This document shows, piece by piece, positions 1-14,345 of a stretch of DNA of 64,000 nt. Both the position numbers and the translations under genes were made by a program. Position 1 is the stretch's first letter, and each line of letters starts with the position of its first letter. Origin of the DNA: Octopus vulgaris (taxonomy: Eukaryota); the NCBI GenBank assembly GCA_951406725.2, contig OX597837.1, positions 43,710,001 through 43,774,000 of the forward strand. The letters are read 5' to 3'. Below the pieces are notes generated by a model. It was given only the letters and a program-made list of their open reading frames with translations, had not been told where the DNA came from and searched no databases.

Positions 1-1700
<1,700 letters not shown>

Positions 1701-2075
1701 ATGTGCATATTCATATGCACAACACTCATTCTCCATGATTCTTATACCTGTATTATATATAATTTCCATTTCATCAAAATTTTACCTAATTAAGAAAATA
1801 GAATTTTTACTAAATGCTAATTAGCTATCTTTAAGAAGGGAATCTATGACTAGTTGCATGTGCTTATAAATGCAATACGCTGCTTCAGGAATTTTTTTAA
1901 AAATAGTTACCATAACACTGGCATTAGCTTAATTATATACGCGAATCGTTCGAAAAATTTTAGTAAAATTGGTGTTAACATACACAATGCTGACAGCTTG
2001 AAAAACTTACCTAGACTTCACTATACTTCGAGAAAACCATTATTGTTAAAGAATATTATTATCTTAATTTGTTTT

Positions 2076-2220
2076 CAGGCATGGCTGTGTGGTTATGAAG
2101 TTTTTCTGGGATTTTTTTTTTTTGCAACCACGCAGACAAGAGTTCGGTGCCTTTCGCAAGTATTTTCTGCTATGACCCCAGGCCAACCAATAAATGAATT
2201 TAGTATATGGAAAACGACGG
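2076..2220 (+). mobile_element. Highly decayed SINE A 5' half
   Basis: caggcatggctgtgtggtt...gcaagtattttctgctatgaccccaggccaaccaa aligns loosely to the head of the intact copy at 43681. Confidence 0.45.
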
Positions 2221-2376
2221 TTAACTCATACACGTATCGGGATATCTATCTATCTATATCTATCTATATATATAAGGAAAATAAAAATATTTTAGCATTT
2301 TCTACCTTGTCTTATTTTCCTTATATATTTCAACTCGTGTGTTCCCTTTCAGCCTTCTACATATACATATACATGC

Positions 2377-2503
<127 letters not shown>

Positions 2504-2513
2504 TAATATATAA

Positions 2514-2903
2514 ATTTGAAAGCACAACCGAAAGAGCTACTACTAATAGTTTCATGCTATTATGATACTTGAACAGGCATATTCATAAAATACCCCACGC
2601 GTCTTGAAGCAATCTTTCAGGCTCTATTTATGCATTATTCATATTTTAAAAACAAGGGCGTCGGATACTAAGAAAATAAGGACGCTGGAACAACTTTCTT
2701 CACTACGTTATTTCTTACTTCTTCACTGTCCAGCATTCTTGTTTTTAGTATATATATATATTTATAACGCATAAACAATGTCTGAAAGATTGCTTTAAGA
2801 TACATGACGTGCCTTTTATATATATATATATATATATATGCCTGTTCAAGTATCATAAATGTATGAAACTATTGGTAGCTCTTTTAGGTTATGTATTTGA
2901 ATT
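2514..2903. mobile_element. Fold-back (palindromic) MITE-like element
   Basis: 2526-2668 (aaccgaaagagctac...tatgatacttgaacaggcat...gcaatctttcag...aaaaacaag) is the diverged reverse complement of 2725-2890. Confidence 0.7.
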
Positions 2904-2960
2904 GCTATTTATCTCTCACTGGATGGAGTAATTTGTGGGCGTTGATTCTTACCCCTACTG

Positions 2961-3236
2961 GAGCCGACCAAAGCCTTGTGAATGAAACAAGCCTGTCGTA
3001 TAGATATATGTATATATTTGTGTGTGTGTGTATGTGTGTGTGTGTGTGTGTCTGTGTTTTTCCTCCCTCCATCATTTGACACCCGATGTTGGTATGTTTA
3101 CGTCCCCGTAACAGAATAAGCACTAGGCTTACCAAGAATAAGTCCTGGGGTCGATTAGTTCGGCTATAAGGCGGTACTCCAGCATGGCCGCAATCAAGTG
3201 ACTGAAATGACTAAACGAATAAAAGAGAATAAAAGT
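2961..3236 (+). mobile_element. SINE A, 5'-truncated and internally deleted
   Basis: gccgaccaaagccttgtg, an internal TA/TG microsatellite, tgtttacgtccccgtaac, and tail ggcggtactccagcatggccgc. Confidence 0.85.
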
Positions 3237-4424
3237 ATATAATTAACGTCTGCATCTTATTTAAAGTGCATAAGACACTTGATCAATTTAAATAATGATT
3301 ATTAATTAATGTAAATATTAGTCAGCATCGATAGAAGATCGTGTTTGTTTATTATAACTGAGCAAATAGAATTCAGAATACTCAGAAACATTATCTAAAC
3401 ACAAGTTATCAATTCCACCGGTGTTAATGAAAGATATACGACTACTCAGATATACATAGGATACGGCAGCCTTTGTATACGTAAGTATGTATATCTATGT
3501 GAGTATGTGAACGTGTGTCCCTACATATACATATGCATGTATAATTATATATATCATGATAGTGCTCTTCTTACGAAACGCATGCAAATATGTGTGTACA
3601 TACACTCACACGCACATATACACACACACACATATATAGAGAGACATCGTACATTATACTCTAAATTTCCACACACAAACAGAGACTGACACATATATGT
3701 ACACGCACAGAGAGAGAAAGTGTGTGTGTGTATGTGTGTGTGAGAGAGAGAGAGGTAGAGTCAACGGTACTTGGAATCACTTTCATACCCACACACGCCC
3801 ACATACACACACTTAAATATAGATATATATGTGAGTGTGTTTGTATGTGAATTTATATATATAAAACGTATATACACGTGCATATATGTTTGTATTATAC
3901 TCATTATGCTGAAGTTTATATAGTAATTATATATCAATAAAACACTATAATAACCACGTTCTTCATACTATAAAAAGCTGAGCGGTTTTTAACTGTGAAT
4001 TACTATTGAATTAAATCATATACCAAATTCTCTCTCTCTCTCTCTCACACACACACTTACTCTCTCACTTTCTCTCTCTGTCTCTTACTATTTCCCTCTT
4101 TCTCTCTCTCGCTGTTTCTGCCTCTTCCTCTTTGCCTCTCATATACACACATAGGCACACACATGCAGGAACACACAGGCACATACACGCACATATATAT
4201 ACGCGTACGTAAGGATATATAATCATAGAATACGGCATAAACGTGCATATGCATAATATACGATACGCTATAATAAACGTGCGAATGCGTTACCTCATGG
4301 CCTATACATGAATATAAGCTCACACATTTACAGACACTGAACGTACATACATACATACTTACATACATACATGCATACATATATACATACAAACATACAT
4401 ACCTACATACATGCATACATACAT

Positions 4425-4800
4425 GAATTAAACTTTATGCAAAGATTATGTATGAGATGAATAAGAGCCTTGACCTAGTTACAACATTCTCAAAGGAAGC
4501 AGCGTTGGAGTTTCGCCAGGATAAATGTTGTTATATGGTTGTGAAAAGGGGACAAATTATAAACCAGACTAGTAACATCTCTATCAACGATTTGACTGTT
4601 TCACCTGTATCTGACGAGGAATGTTACAGGTATCTACCAATGGATGAAAATATAACTTATAATGACACCTGTAACAAACACGTGCCATTAAAGAATTTTA
4701 TTGCCGAATAAATAAAATTTGGACCTCAGAACTCTCTACATTCAATAAAACAGTGGCCCACAATGTGTTTGCAATGCCAGTATTCATACCAACATCAGGG
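4425..4800 (+). mobile_element. Non-LTR retrotransposon RT fragment, R4/Dong-like, frameshifted
   Basis: Translates LKLYAK..LDLVTTFSKEAALEFRQDKCCYMVVKRG..YRYL.MDE, then after a frameshift KEFYCRINKIWTSELSTFNKTVAHNVFAMPVF. This matches the region following YxDD in R4/Dong-clade RTs. Confidence 0.75.
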
Positions 4801-5627
4801 GAAGAACTCCCGACAAGGAAGCATTTAGGTCAATTATTTCCTGACTTTCTAAGGAAGCTAGTCCCATCCAGGTCATAACACTTAGGTCTCTGCCTGTCGT
4901 TTTTGGAAATACTGTCGTTAGTGGAATGAGGCAGGTTGTTCTTATATCCCTATAATGTGAGAGATACCGCCCGGATCGAAGACCACGAAAAAACTGCTGA
5001 TCTAATAATCTCCATGGATGCTGGAAGTTATCAGTTTACCGTATCCTAAATCAACTGGAATTAAATATTTCCTTCGCTGTTAAATCTATTACCTTTTTGC
5101 AAAGTATTCTCTCAATTACGAATAAGCGATTCTTTCATTCCGATTTTTTTTTTACTTCGGTTCCATTCGATTCTATCAGGATGTAATTCAAATATTGATA
5201 TATCAACATTTTTGTATAAATATTGATCTATTTATACGATATAGGATAACTGATGTTAATGAGGCGTAGGGGTATACTCTGTAAATTTACATTCGCATTC
5301 CCAAATTGTAACACGAATAAAACAGAACCCGAAAATCATATCGATTTTGAGATCCCAATTGATCATTTTATTACTGCAAAATTAAAGACAAAATGCCCAT
5401 AATTCTAACGAACATTTCTATCAGAAACTGTTTTTAAGCTTCCCTAATTTTTTCCCCAAGATATGCTCAAATAATATTTTTCCTAGAAATTACCGTGAAA
5501 AAAAAAAATTGCTGACTTCAGATGTCAAACAAAATGTAAGAAAATATAACCAAGCATGTTATATTTAAGAGTTTTCAAGTGAAACATAAATGAAAGCTTG
5601 TTTATCACATATTTTTGTGATGTTCAT

Positions 5628-5630
<3 letters not shown>

Positions 5631-5663
<33 letters not shown>

Positions 5664-5681
5664 CATACATACATACATACA

Positions 5682-5747
<66 letters not shown>

Positions 5748-5768
5748 TGTATGTATGTATATATATAT
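5631..5768. repeat. Palindromic compound microsatellite (AT)n-(ACAT)n-(AT)n-(GTAT)n-(AT)n
   Basis: An (ATAC)n arm and its reverse-complement (GTAT)n arm flank a central (AT) run. Confidence 0.9.
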
Positions 5769-6112
5769 GTAAAAGTGTAAAGACCCCCTTCGGTCATGAA
5801 TGACCATGGGATTGCACCTAGAAAGTTACCCTCCTAGACACAAGTCCGGGCACGGTTGTTTATGGAAAGCCAGCAGTCGCCCATGCATACCAGCCTCCCC
5901 CTCCACGCCACCAGTGTTATCCAAGGGAAAGACAAAGGTCGATACAGCTTGGCACCTGTGACGTCGCAACTCATTTCTACAGCTGAGTGAACTGGAGCAA
6001 CGTGAAATAAAGTGCCTTGCTCAAGAACACAACACGCAGCCCGGTCCGGGATTCGAGCTCACAACCTCACGATCGTAAGCTCGACGCTCTAACCACTGAG
6101 CCATGCGCCTTC

Positions 6113-6114
<2 letters not shown>
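5769..6114 (-). mobile_element. SINE C, full length, tRNA-derived CORE-like SINE
   Basis: Minus strand: gtgaaggcgcatggctcagtggttagagcg (A box), gctcgaatcc (B box), CORE-like tgtgttcttgagcaaggcactttatttcac...ctcagctgtagaaatgagt, and 3' hairpin ggtca-ttca-tgacc. Confidence 0.9.
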
Positions 6115-6155
<41 letters not shown>

Positions 6156-6366
6156 TATATATATACATACATACATGTATATATATTTCCTGCACGACCC
6201 TGAATGTCGCATACGTTTGGCAGTAAGAGTTCACATAGTCTTTCATGATGCGATGCTTCCTTTTTGTCCGGATTGCGCATGTTTTGAATGATTAAAACCT
6301 GTGGAGTATCGGGCAAATATATATCATAGTTCTTAGTCTCCTCCCTTCATTTCTGCTTTCGTATCT

Positions 6367-6503
6367 CACCGAGGTCGACTTGATCTTTTTATCCATTTTA
6401 GATCGATTGGATAAACAACAGTTTATAATGGAATGGATATGACTGACCATTCCTTGAAAGACGGCATCCAAGCTTTGCTGCAGTCCAAAGATTAAAAACA
6501 AGT
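6367..6503 (+). mobile_element. Decayed SINE with B-like body and A-like tail
   Basis: caccgaggtcgacttgatcttttatcc resembles the B body; gacggcatccaagctttgctgcagtccaaagattaaaaacaagt resembles the A tail. Confidence 0.45.
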
Positions 6504-7251
6504 GATTGAATAAATAGAAATATTGTTATTGATCTATATGGAACAACATTTAGACCCGCCTAATATTTATTGAAGCTACTATTACACAATGAATGCCATT
6601 ATACGTTGCAAAGATAAATACTTTTTCTGTTACAAAACACTCCCTAAATATTTTGAATGTGATGAAGCCTTTTACTTTCAGTAGGATTCTACACCAAGGA
6701 GTTTATCATACAGAAACTGTGATTCTAGAGCTGGCTAAAGGTTATGAGTTTGACCTTACTCTTCGCAAGTTCCGAGATTCTAATGACGTCATTTAAAACG
6801 CACAAAGTTACCTGGGGCGGTTTAAAAGATAATGGCTTTCGAATCGAGTCAATCATCTAAAAACGATGTTTTACTTGTTTCGCAAATACTGACATCCTAA
6901 TTAATCCTTCGAATGCAGAAAGAAGGAATGAAACGGCATAAAAATGGACCGAGCAGCATCTTGAAAAGCTGTCAATGATAACATTTACCGTTTGCTGCAG
7001 GCTGGTAAAATAGATCGGAGATTATAATTGCCAGCTTAACCGTTGGATTCCTAGAAATTACCCAGCCAACGGCATATTATTCCTATATCTTTTTTATTGT
7101 TATCTAAACTACCAAATGAGTGTTTCCAAAAATATTCAAGCAAATTTCACCCAGATTTATTTATTAATTTTGCAATAATATTTCTCTTTCTTTTAATTAT
7201 TTTTCTTACCCTCCTTCTATCTCTCCCTAAACTTCTCTCCCTTTGTTTTTT

Positions 7252-7281
7252 TCGACAAAGGACTAACGTCAGAAACGTTAC
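7252..7281 (+). ncRNA. Degenerate minimal hammerhead ribozyme motif (Penelope-type)
   Basis: tcgacaa-ag-gac-taac-gtc-a-GAAACGTTA. Stem II and the palindromic helix III (aacgtt) are present, the core is mutated, and stem I is lost. Confidence 0.35.
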
Positions 7282-7385
7282 TGTATTGTGTTATTTCAAA
7301 GTCTCACACAATACTATATTCATCAAACTGCGCAGGTTTTTTTAAATATTTTTAATGGTTATTGATACTGTGCTACTATACACAC

Positions 7386-7452
<67 letters not shown>

Positions 7453-7489
7453 CATATATATACACACACATATATATAAATACATATAT

Positions 7490-7531
<42 letters not shown>

Positions 7532-7543
7532 CATATATACACG

Positions 7544-7620
<77 letters not shown>

Positions 7621-7624
<4 letters not shown>

Positions 7625-7788
7625 GATGGGCGTCTTTCGGTTTCCGTCTATCTAATCCACTCACAAGGCTTTGGTCGACCCGGGCTTATAGTTAGAGACA
7701 GTTGCCCACGGTGCCACGCAGTCGGACTGAACCCGGAACCTTCTGATTGGGAAACAAACTTCATACCACATAGCCAAGCCTGCACCTA
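7621..7788 (-). mobile_element. SINE A 5' half
   Basis: tttccgtctatctaatccactcacaaggctttggtcg...gcagtcggactgaacccggaacc...gcctgcaccta; the copy stops at a microsatellite. Confidence 0.9.
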
Positions 7789-7849
7789 TGTGTATGTCCA
7801 TTTATTTCAAAAAGACATAGAATAATTCTGTGAATGGCAAGGTACTCAG

Positions 7850-8745
7850 GAAATGAAAATGCCATGTTCTGCCGGCATTTGGTATATTACATATTTAGAG
7901 TTCTTTATAGTTTGTAACTAACACCCAAAGCTATTAACTTTATGTATTTGTTGAGTATTTTGGTTTGATGTTTCAGGGTTGATTAACATCCTTTAATGTG
8001 GCAAAGGCTACAGAAAACATCTCAAAGTGTATAAGTGTTTTATCAAGGAATTGCCATTTCACAATACCTACCATATTTATATTTTTAAGAAACCATTTAT
8101 GTGCTGTTAGCTTTGTGCACAATTTTCTTCGTAATGTTCAGAACGTGTAATTGTGTTGATAGAGCCTGTTATTAAATAGATTAGGTGTCATAACTGGTAT
8201 TGGCAGATGGTTAAGTGTTTGAATATGTAGCTGATTTTCATGCAATTTTCCTTTGATTCGACATACATTCTCAGAATAACAATTGCTTTTCTGTATTGTA
8301 TTCGTTGTGATTTTCGAATCCTCGGATTATATTCTTTTTTCATTATTAAAGCATGTGTCTCATTGGAGTTTGTTAGTAACGAGCAGCTCACTCTTCGTAA
8401 GTTTCGGTTAAAGAGTTTCCTATACTTATGTTCGGTGGGGAAAATGTGTTATTCACCATGAACAAATTTATTTTATCAGTATGCTTACGTTTATGAAATA
8501 TTGTGGATTATACCATGCGATCTTTCTTTCGTGTTTCTTCTTAATAGCTTTTGTCTACCTATGATATTTAATGGTTTCTTGGAAGCCACTGGAAGCTATT
8601 GGAAGCCACATTGTTACAAATATTTGCTATTGAATTCATTGAGGATTCGACATAAGAAATTCTAGAGAATCATTCACTCAATTTGGTGGATACATTTCTA
8701 TGAATATACGGTGGCTATTCCCAATTGCTGCATATATATATATAT
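7850..8745 (-). mobile_element. Penelope-like element relic (RT-thumb linker and GIY-YIG region), with many stops and frameshifts
   Basis: Minus-strand pieces translate RKIAWYNPQYFINVS, FPTEHKYRKLFNRNLRRVSCSLLTN and FNNRLYQHNYTF..TKLTAHKWFLKN...VKWQFLDK. These match the IIWFNPP..HFP..H.Y.KLFNRN..K.SYSC and downstream PLE endonuclease motifs. Confidence 0.7.
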
Positions 8746-9040
8746 CTGTGTGTACGTGTATGTGTAAATGTGTGTGTGTGTGTGTGTACCACATTAAGCA
8801 CATGCCCTCATATATATAATTATATATATACAAGTATACACAGTGTATATATCAATGTGCTTCTACATTCTCTTGCTTGTTATTGTTAATTATATTGTTC
8901 GGTTATTTGATTTGACTATATATATATGTGGGTGTATACATATATATATATATACACATATGTATATATATATATATATATATATATCAGTATACTCATG
9001 TATTATATATATACATGAATATATATATATATATGTATGT

Positions 9041-9120
9041 ATGTATATTTATATCAGTATGCACATGTATTATATATATATGTATATATATAATACCTGT
9101 GCATACTGATATAAATATAC

Positions 9121-9122
<2 letters not shown>
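9041..9122. repeat. Near-perfect ~82-bp palindrome with TA-rich centre
   Basis: gtatatttatatcagtatgcacatgtattatatata / tatatataatacctgtgcatactgatataaatatac, with one mismatch in the arms. Confidence 0.9.
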
Positions 9123-9168
<46 letters not shown>

Positions 9169-9220
9169 CTATATACATATGTATGTTTATATCAGTATAC
9201 ACATGTATTATATATATGTA

Positions 9221-9267
<47 letters not shown>

Positions 9268-9439
9268 GTGTGTTTGTGTGTGTGTGTATACATATATATA
9301 TATGTGTGTGTGTAAATACATACATACATATATACATACATATATACATACATACATTCATAAGTAAGCACACTTAAACACACCTACACAGACACAGCAA
9401 TTCTGTTTAAATGACAGACTAGAACATTTTCAATTAAGA

Positions 9440-10480
9440 CTACATCGCCAACAATAACCACCTTGATTTTAAATACAACATTCATCAACGTTTATAATAC
9501 TATACTTTCCTCAACACCACCCCAACCACCTCCGCCAACACCAACACCAGCACTGACACCACCACTAACAACTACAACAAAAACAACAACACTATCATTA
9601 ACAACAACACTATCATTAACAACACCAATCATCTTCGTTGCACCTGACGATGCAACCACCAAGAATACTATAGGAGCCGCCACCATCACCAAGTTTACGA
9701 ACACCACCACCACCACCACCGCCGCTGCTACCACCGTCAACACTCTTGCTACCACCGCCACCATCACCACCCTGACAACCACCACCACTACTACCATTAC
9801 TAACACCACCGCTGTCGCCACCACCACCATTATCACCAGCATCACCACCGCTACTATCCTTACTACTATTACTACCACCACAAACAACCCCCACCTTACA
9901 CCAACAACACCATTACGGCCGCCATTAACCCCACCGCCACCATCACCACTGCTACCCCCTCCACCATAAGCTCTGCAACCACTACCACCACTACCACCAT
10001 TATCACACCACCATCACCACTACAACCACTACTACCACCACCACCACCACTACCGCCACCACCATCACCACCACTACCACCACTAACACCACTACCGTTA
10101 TCATTACCAGCACCAACACCACTACCGCCTACACCACCATCATCTCCCTAACCCCACCACCACGATCATTACTACTACCAGCTACACCACCACTACTACC
10201 ATTACCACCACTACTACCACCACTACCACCACCACCATCACTACCTACTTTAATTCTTGAAGCGCCAGTCTATTACCTCTTTCATCGTCACCAACAGCTC
10301 CACCACCACCACCACCACCACCATCATCATGAACGAGGATAACAACATTAACAACAACAATAACAACAACAACAACAGCAACAACAGCAGCAGCAGCAAC
10401 AACAGCAACCAGTGTCATCACCATTGTCATCGCCAACAAGAACTTTATCGAACACTCCTCTGCCGTCAGCAACAATGGAA
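9440..10480. repeat. Decayed (ACC/ACT/AAC)n trinucleotide low-complexity tract
   Basis: About 1 kb of acc/act/aac/atc triplets with stops and phase shifts. Confidence 0.9.
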
Positions 10481-10884
10481 AGACCGCTGAGAGAATCTCA
10501 AGAGAGCTCTTTACGTTAGATTTCAGTGTTTAGCCGAGTCTCCGAAGAAAACACTGAATATAAACTTTTAAAAGAATCGCAAGAGAATAATAATTATTTA
10601 ACTTTTCCATTAGCAGAAGCAGAGGAATATTAATTTACCGATTCCCATCTCAATAATGGAACCAATGCCTGAAATCGATCGTGCATGATCTTTATTAAGT
10701 CTTATGTTCTCGTTCATTCAATGATATGTGTTTGATTCTACCGATCATTGTCGAAAGTTCCAGACCAGTTCAAATATAATCTTTGGACAATTTTGTCGTT
10801 TTTTGTTGTTGGTTTTTCCGTTTGTATTTTATTTTATTGATTCTAATGGAGTGTTTATATTTTCACAATATCTTTTATTTTATT

Positions 10885-11110
10885 TTTTTTTCTTGTTTCC
10901 ACCCATTGGATTGCGGCCATACAGAAGCATCGCCTGGAAAGGATGAGCTTTTTTTTAGTCGAACAAATGGACGGCAGTTCTTATTTTTTAAAAGTCTGGT
11001 GCCTATTCTATCGGATTCCTTTTGCCCAACCACCAGATTGCTGTGAATGTAAACAAACCAATACCGACTGCCAAACAGTGTGCATGGGGCGGGACAAACA
11101 CAGACACAAA
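10885..11110 (-). mobile_element. SINE A 3' half, diverged
   Basis: ttcttgtttc..gattgcggccat..ctattctatcggattccttttgccc..ggacaaacacagacac. Confidence 0.75.
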
Positions 11111-11129
11111 TGCACGACTTACTTACACA

Positions 11130-11417
11130 GGCCACGAACAAAAACAATTTATCGTACCAGCCTGGTATTTAAAGGCCCTCAACTGTTCGACTGCCAACCT
11201 AAAGAAATTTGAACCATGTAAAGAACCACTAATGAAACTTGAGAAGAAAACGGTACATAAACTCCAAACGACGATACTGGAACAGCCAAGCATTGAAGGA
11301 CACACTCAAAAAGATCAGCTGTTACAAACTGAATCATAGACGAACCCCTGCCATAAAACAAGGTAAGGCAGAGCGCCAGCAGGGCATCAGTCCTGCGACT
11401 GACACAATTAAAAGAAT
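11130..11417 (+). mobile_element. CR1/L2-group LINE 3' end (ORF2 C-terminus plus 3' UTR)
   Basis: Translates [22 protein letters not shown] and [17 protein letters not shown], like the S..F.GP.LFN.LP..IR / PD.P C-terminus of CR1/L2-type ORF2. The last 51 nt match the SINE A tail. Confidence 0.65.
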
Positions 11418-11424
11418 GTATATG

Positions 11425-11465
<41 letters not shown>

Positions 11466-11469
11466 ATGC

Positions 11470-11511
<42 letters not shown>

Positions 11512-11638
11512 ATATATATGTATATATAAATATGTATGTATACATATGTATGTATATATGTATATATATATGTATATATATATATGTATATATAAATATG
11601 TATGTATACATATGTATGTATATATGTATATATATATG

Positions 11639-11728
<90 letters not shown>

Positions 11729-11781
11729 CATACATACATATATATATGTATGTGTGTGTGTGGTATATATATATATATATA

Positions 11782-12187
11782 TAGGCGCAGGTGTAGCTGT
11801 GTGGTAAGAATATTGCTTCCCATTCACATGCTTGCAGGTTCAGTCGCACTGCATGGCACCTTCTACTGTAGCCTCGGGCCGATCAACCACTCGTGAGTGG
11901 ATTTGGTAGATGGAAACTGAAAGAAGCCCGTCATACTTATATATATATATATATGGGTGTGGGTGTGTAGTTATATGTGCGTGTCTGTATTTGTCCCTAC
12001 TCCATCGCTTGACAACCGATGTTGGTATGTTTACGTCCCCGTAACTTAACAGATCAGCCAAAGGGACCGAGAGAATAAGAACTCGATTTATAGAGTGTAA
12101 GTCCTGAGATCGATTTCTTCGACTAAAAACCCTTTAAGGCAGTGCACTGGTATGGCCGCAGTCAATGCTTGGAATTATAAGAGAATA
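11782..12187 (+). mobile_element. SINE A, near full length, diverged
   Basis: taggcgcaggtgtagctgtgtggtaag head, gtgagtggatttggtagatggaaactgaaagaagcccgtc, internal microsatellite, and tail. Confidence 0.9.
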
Positions 12188-12278
12188 CACTTACCCAAGT
12201 TACCGCTTAGTGGAACTGAACGCAAAACCAAACGGTTACATAGAAGGCTTGTTAACTACACAACTATGCCCGCGCCTA
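12188..12278 (-). mobile_element. SINE A head fragment
   Basis: acacttacccaag..agtggaactgaac..actacacaactatgcccgcgccta. Confidence 0.6.
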
Positions 12279-12490
12279 ACCATCAAATGTTTGTCAACAT
12301 TATAAAGAGGGTAGATATATAGACAGAGAGATAAGAATGTGGATTGTCCGTTTGATTGGAAATGTTCTATATGTGGCTGAAGATTGCTCGACATTTTAAA
12401 ACTGATGTAATACTTACAGTGTTTAATAAAATGAAGTAGCATGAAACAATTGTACCACTCTACCTCGGATATACTTGTTGCTTATTTTGA

Positions 12491-12536
<46 letters not shown>

Positions 12537-12579
12537 GTATATATCTATACATCCGAAGTTCTCACTCACTGTCTACTAC

Positions 12580-12716
12580 AGTCACTCATAGTGCATCAGT
12601 CTGGTCGTGGTTACAGCAGAAGACACTCGTGCAATTAGCTAGGCAGTGGGGTTGAACACGAAACTACGTTGGTTCAAGTGAGTTTCTTTAACTACACGTC
12701 CATGCTTACGGCTATA
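12580..12716 (-). mobile_element. SINE A head fragment, decayed
   Basis: tacagcagaagacactcg..gcagtggggttgaacacgaaactacg..actacacgtccatgc. Confidence 0.5.
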
Positions 12717-12794
12717 ATGAAGAAAAGAGTTGTAATATCAACAATATAGAAAAAAATATTGTTTTCCATTATTTCTGGATCATCAAACAGTACA

Positions 12795-13200
12795 AAAGTA
12801 AAACCGACACCTACGAGAAGAGATTTATTTCGAATTATACTCGTGGGCATGGCCGTACGTTTCATGAAGTTCGCTTCACAATTACCTGGTTTCTGGTTCC
12901 GTCCCACCGCGTGGCAACTTGGGAACGAGTCTTCTACCATAGCCACAGACCAACTAATGTCTCGTGAGTGAATCTAAATTTAGTGTTGAAAGTAAAACCG
13001 ACATCTACCAGAAGAGATCTAAAAAAAGAAAAGGAACAAATTTTTCTATTTCGAATTTTACTCGTGGACATGGCCGTATGTTTTAAAAAGTTCGCCTCAC
13101 AATTACCTGGTTTCTGGTTCCGTGCCATCCCGAGGCATCATGTGAACTATAGCGACGGACCAATCAATGTCTCGTGAGTGAATTTAAATTTGGTGCTGAA
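12795..13200 (+). repeat. Diverged tandem duplication (~195 and ~210 bp units) containing a decayed SINE A head
   Basis: Both units start aaagtaaaaccgaca (12795, 12989) and share cacaattacctggtttctggttccgt and aatgtctcgtgagtgaat. Confidence 0.85.
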
Positions 13201-13208
13201 TTCCAACG

Positions 13209-13240
<32 letters not shown>

Positions 13241-13545
13241 ATGGCTTAAAGGTTTGGTCGCTGTTTAGTTACATATTTAGTTGTTGGTTATGGATTTACT
13301 TATTGAATTTATTTACCGATATTCTTGTACATAGGATAAATGTGTATGAAAGTTGTGGTTTCTTTGGTATGCTTGTTCCCAAACAACATTTATTTTAGTG
13401 CTGTTGACACTGCTGGATTGAGAAGTACTGCCCAGGTGTCGAAACCACAATGATATCCGTGGGACTGCTGATGATGACTGTATTTTGGATTGTTGGTATG
13501 GCTGTTTTGTATATGTGGAATGGTACAATAACACATCCGTTTGAG

Positions 13546-13648
<103 letters not shown>

Positions 13649-13894
13649 GCATTTTCAGCCATGTCTAATGTTAGTAATGGTTTAAGCCAATTAATGAAGA
13701 TCAAGTTTAGGTCTATCCAGTGAAATTACTTTTAATAGACTAGCGTCGTATTCTAGAAGCGGGTTTATAGCTCAACCATTTCTAAACTGATTCACGTGAG
13801 AGATAATGGTTCTCCAATGCCTTTTGATTCGCAAAAGTAGTGTAACTCAATAAACATACAGACAAGCGTGTACATAGACCTGCATACATATATG

Positions 13895-13953
<59 letters not shown>

Positions 13954-14009
13954 GCATATATATATATATGATATATATATATATACATGCATATATATAT
14001 ACATATATA

Positions 14010-14040
<31 letters not shown>

Positions 14041-14063
14041 GTATACATATATATATGTATAAA

Positions 14064-14095
<32 letters not shown>

Positions 14096-14302
14096 CATGT
14101 GTGTGCACATGTATATATATATTATATATATATATTATATATATATGTATATGTATATATATGTATACATATATATATATACGTATAAATATATATATAT
14201 ATATATATACGTGTGTGTGCACATATATATTTATATTATATATATATAAATGTATACATATACATGTATATGTGTATATATATGTATATATATATGTGTA
14301 TA

Positions 14303-14345
<43 letters not shown>

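Noticed and set aside
6040-6114. tRNA-like sequence (also at 49600-49675 and 59895-59970)
   Set aside because: These are SINE heads: acceptor stems do not pair properly and each runs into a SINE body, two of them with TSDs.
9463-9969. Thr/Pro-rich mucin-like ORF
   Set aside because: It lies in a decayed (ACC)n tract that continues past the stop with phase shifts; there is no signal peptide or exon evidence.
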